Assembly (NCBI GenBank): GCA_051294905.1
Contig: CM119371.1
Location: 21,826,001 to 21,890,000, forward strand
DNA length: 64,000 nucleotides
From: Botryllus schlosseri
Taxonomy: Eukaryota
Reading direction: 5' to 3'
Part shown: piece after piece, positions 62,070 to 64,000 of the stretch
How positions within the stretch are numbered: the first letter of the stretch is position 1
How the letters are laid out: each line of letters begins with the position of its first letter
Made by a program: the position numbers and the translations under genes
Notes under the pieces: generated by a model
The model's input: the letters and a program-made list of their open reading frames with translations, nothing else
What the model was told of the DNA's origin: nothing
Databases searched by the model: none

Positions 62070-62500
62070 GTGTAAACGCTTTTCTGCAGACCTGACATAC
62101 ATAGTTTTTGACTTCAGTATGTGTATTTCCATGTCTTTTCAAGTGCCAAAGCTGGGTAAATGCTTTTCGTGGATCTGACATATATATTGTTTTTCGACTC
62201 CTGTATGTATATTTCCATGTGTTTTCCACACAAACGATTTTCCACAGATCTGATGGTCGTGGTTTTTGACTCCAAGGTGAGCAGCAATATGTTCTGTTAA
62301 AGATGTCTTCCTAGTGAAAGACTTCCGACACATCTCACATTTATACTTTACTTTGTTTTTGTATCCATATGTCTTTTCGAGTGACCGATCGGATTATAAT
62401 CTTTGACAATGACCTTGCATTCATGATTTTCCAAACCAGTGTGGGACAGTAAATGTTTTTCAATGTTGCGATTGTAGCAAACGCTTTTACAGAAGAAAAA
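62070..62500 (-). pseudogene. Frameshifted C2H2 zinc-finger remnant
   Basis: Finger fragments in three frames (HTGLENHECK, CRKSFTRKTSLTEHIAAH, HGNTHTEVKNYVCQVCRKAF). Confidence 0.7.
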
Positions 62501-64000
62501 ATAGCAATATCGGTTCAGTTTGATAAAATACAAAATCCAATCAATACAGGAATAACAATCATATGATAGATTAATAGGCTACCAGTTTGATTGAATTTTC
62601 TAGGCATCGTAATGATGAATAAGCAGACAATTCGGACAGTCACCAATTTAGAAGAGTTGTTCCAGATAGATTATTGATTTTCAAACTGGGATCCGTGGTC
62701 CATTTCAAAAATTCAAATGATCGTGAAAATTTTTTAAAAAGCATTTAAAAAAAAAACGTGTCGAGCGATTCAAGATTCCAATACGTGCAAAATTGGGTAC
62801 ACAGTTTATGATATTGGATATGATATCAACGTCCACTATATTTTTTTACCATTATGCGAACTCCTTATGGAATTAGACAGATTAGATTTGTCTGATCTAT
62901 ACTCCTGAACAGCGACGTGCTGTCAAATGAGGCAGGTGAGGCAGTGTCTCACCTGTCGCCAGGGTAAGAGAAAATTGTGAAAACCCTCAATGATAATTGG
63001 TATTTTTCATCGATATTCATAAATAACTAAATTGTGAATATTGTTTTCACCCAACATCATCAATTTGCAGAATTATTATTCAAAAATACTTCGCGAAAGA
63101 AGAGGTGAGGCACGGGCGGGCCGTGTCTCACCTGCGACCATGCAATTTTTCATAAACAGCTCGGAATTAATAATAATTGGTCTCATTCAAATGCTGTCGT
63201 CGTACTGATTCCGAAAATCCAAATATTAACAGACTCAGAGCATCAGAACCCCTCAAAATGACCAAGCAATGTGACATTCGGCTTCATTACAGACGATGCC
63301 ATGCAGCACATGGACAATCTAAGCACAGTGAAACGCGCTATCGATTTCGAAAAACGAACAGTCTTGTAGGACTTGTTTAGTAGCGACGGCCAATACGTAA
63401 TGTGGAGCAAATACATTCCCAACTAATGTATAGCTGATATGTCCTGGCAAAATTGCGAGAGTATGGAAAAAGTTTTCATCTCATATTTGGAAATTACCAT
63501 ACTATACCATACATGTAGTTTCCCATATTCCATACTGAAATTTCATTCCATACCATGACCTAGCTTTATTGAATCTTATTTGTGCAGTGTGAGCCAAATA
63601 TCACAAGTGCTAATCATACGCTGTAATTTGAATGTTACAACAGCAGGAAAAATACCAACATTCCCATCTAGAAACAGATAAGTGAGAAAAAATGACGTAT
63701 ACAGAGAATTTTTGTGGCAGCTATAATGGACGTATGCAAGTGACACGAAGATACCAGCTAGCATACCAGCAAACATACCAGCATTTCTACAATCTTAGCC
63801 CAGCAATCATACAGCCGGAAAGCTGATCCATAGATGATAGATACATGCGCTGTGTACCTGTAGAGATTTGATCCTAATATTAAATCATATTGATATGGTG
63901 GCAGAGTGAATAGAAGACTACTTCGAGTAAGAACACATTTCAATGTACGGCAGTTTTGCTCACATGACTGTGTCATGTTCAAGATAATCATCAACAAACG

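Overview
Repeat-rich eukaryotic DNA from an invertebrate animal; an ascidian or other deuterostome is a plausible but inferred source. It contains: (1) a complete 9-coding-exon cystinosin (CTNS) gene on the minus strand (92-14625, about 397 aa); (2) a multi-exon plus-strand class A GPCR with LDLa/Cys-rich modules and a GRL101/RXFP-like 7TM but no detectable LRRs (about 23620-47252, 5' exon not found); (3) a decaying minus-strand C2H2 zinc-finger cluster (about 59200-62500); (4) an intronic tRNA-Arg(CCG); (5) a 5'-truncated CR1/L2-group LINE, two tRNA-derived SINEs, a tiny R4/Dong-like 3' fragment and many nested MITEs with verifiable TSDs, including a 1.5-kb near-perfect palindrome. The most interesting signal is a Penelope-like (GIY-YIG) retroelement family whose pseudo-LTR carries a 34-nt minimal hammerhead ribozyme (accc-CTGACGA-gtgtcagcc-GAAA-atat-TC-gggt) with a possible pseudoknot. 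It has inserted four times into CTNS introns, three times as inverted pairs, leaving one intact ribozyme in the sense strand of the CTNS pre-mRNA. Gene models were built by eye and no database searches were run.
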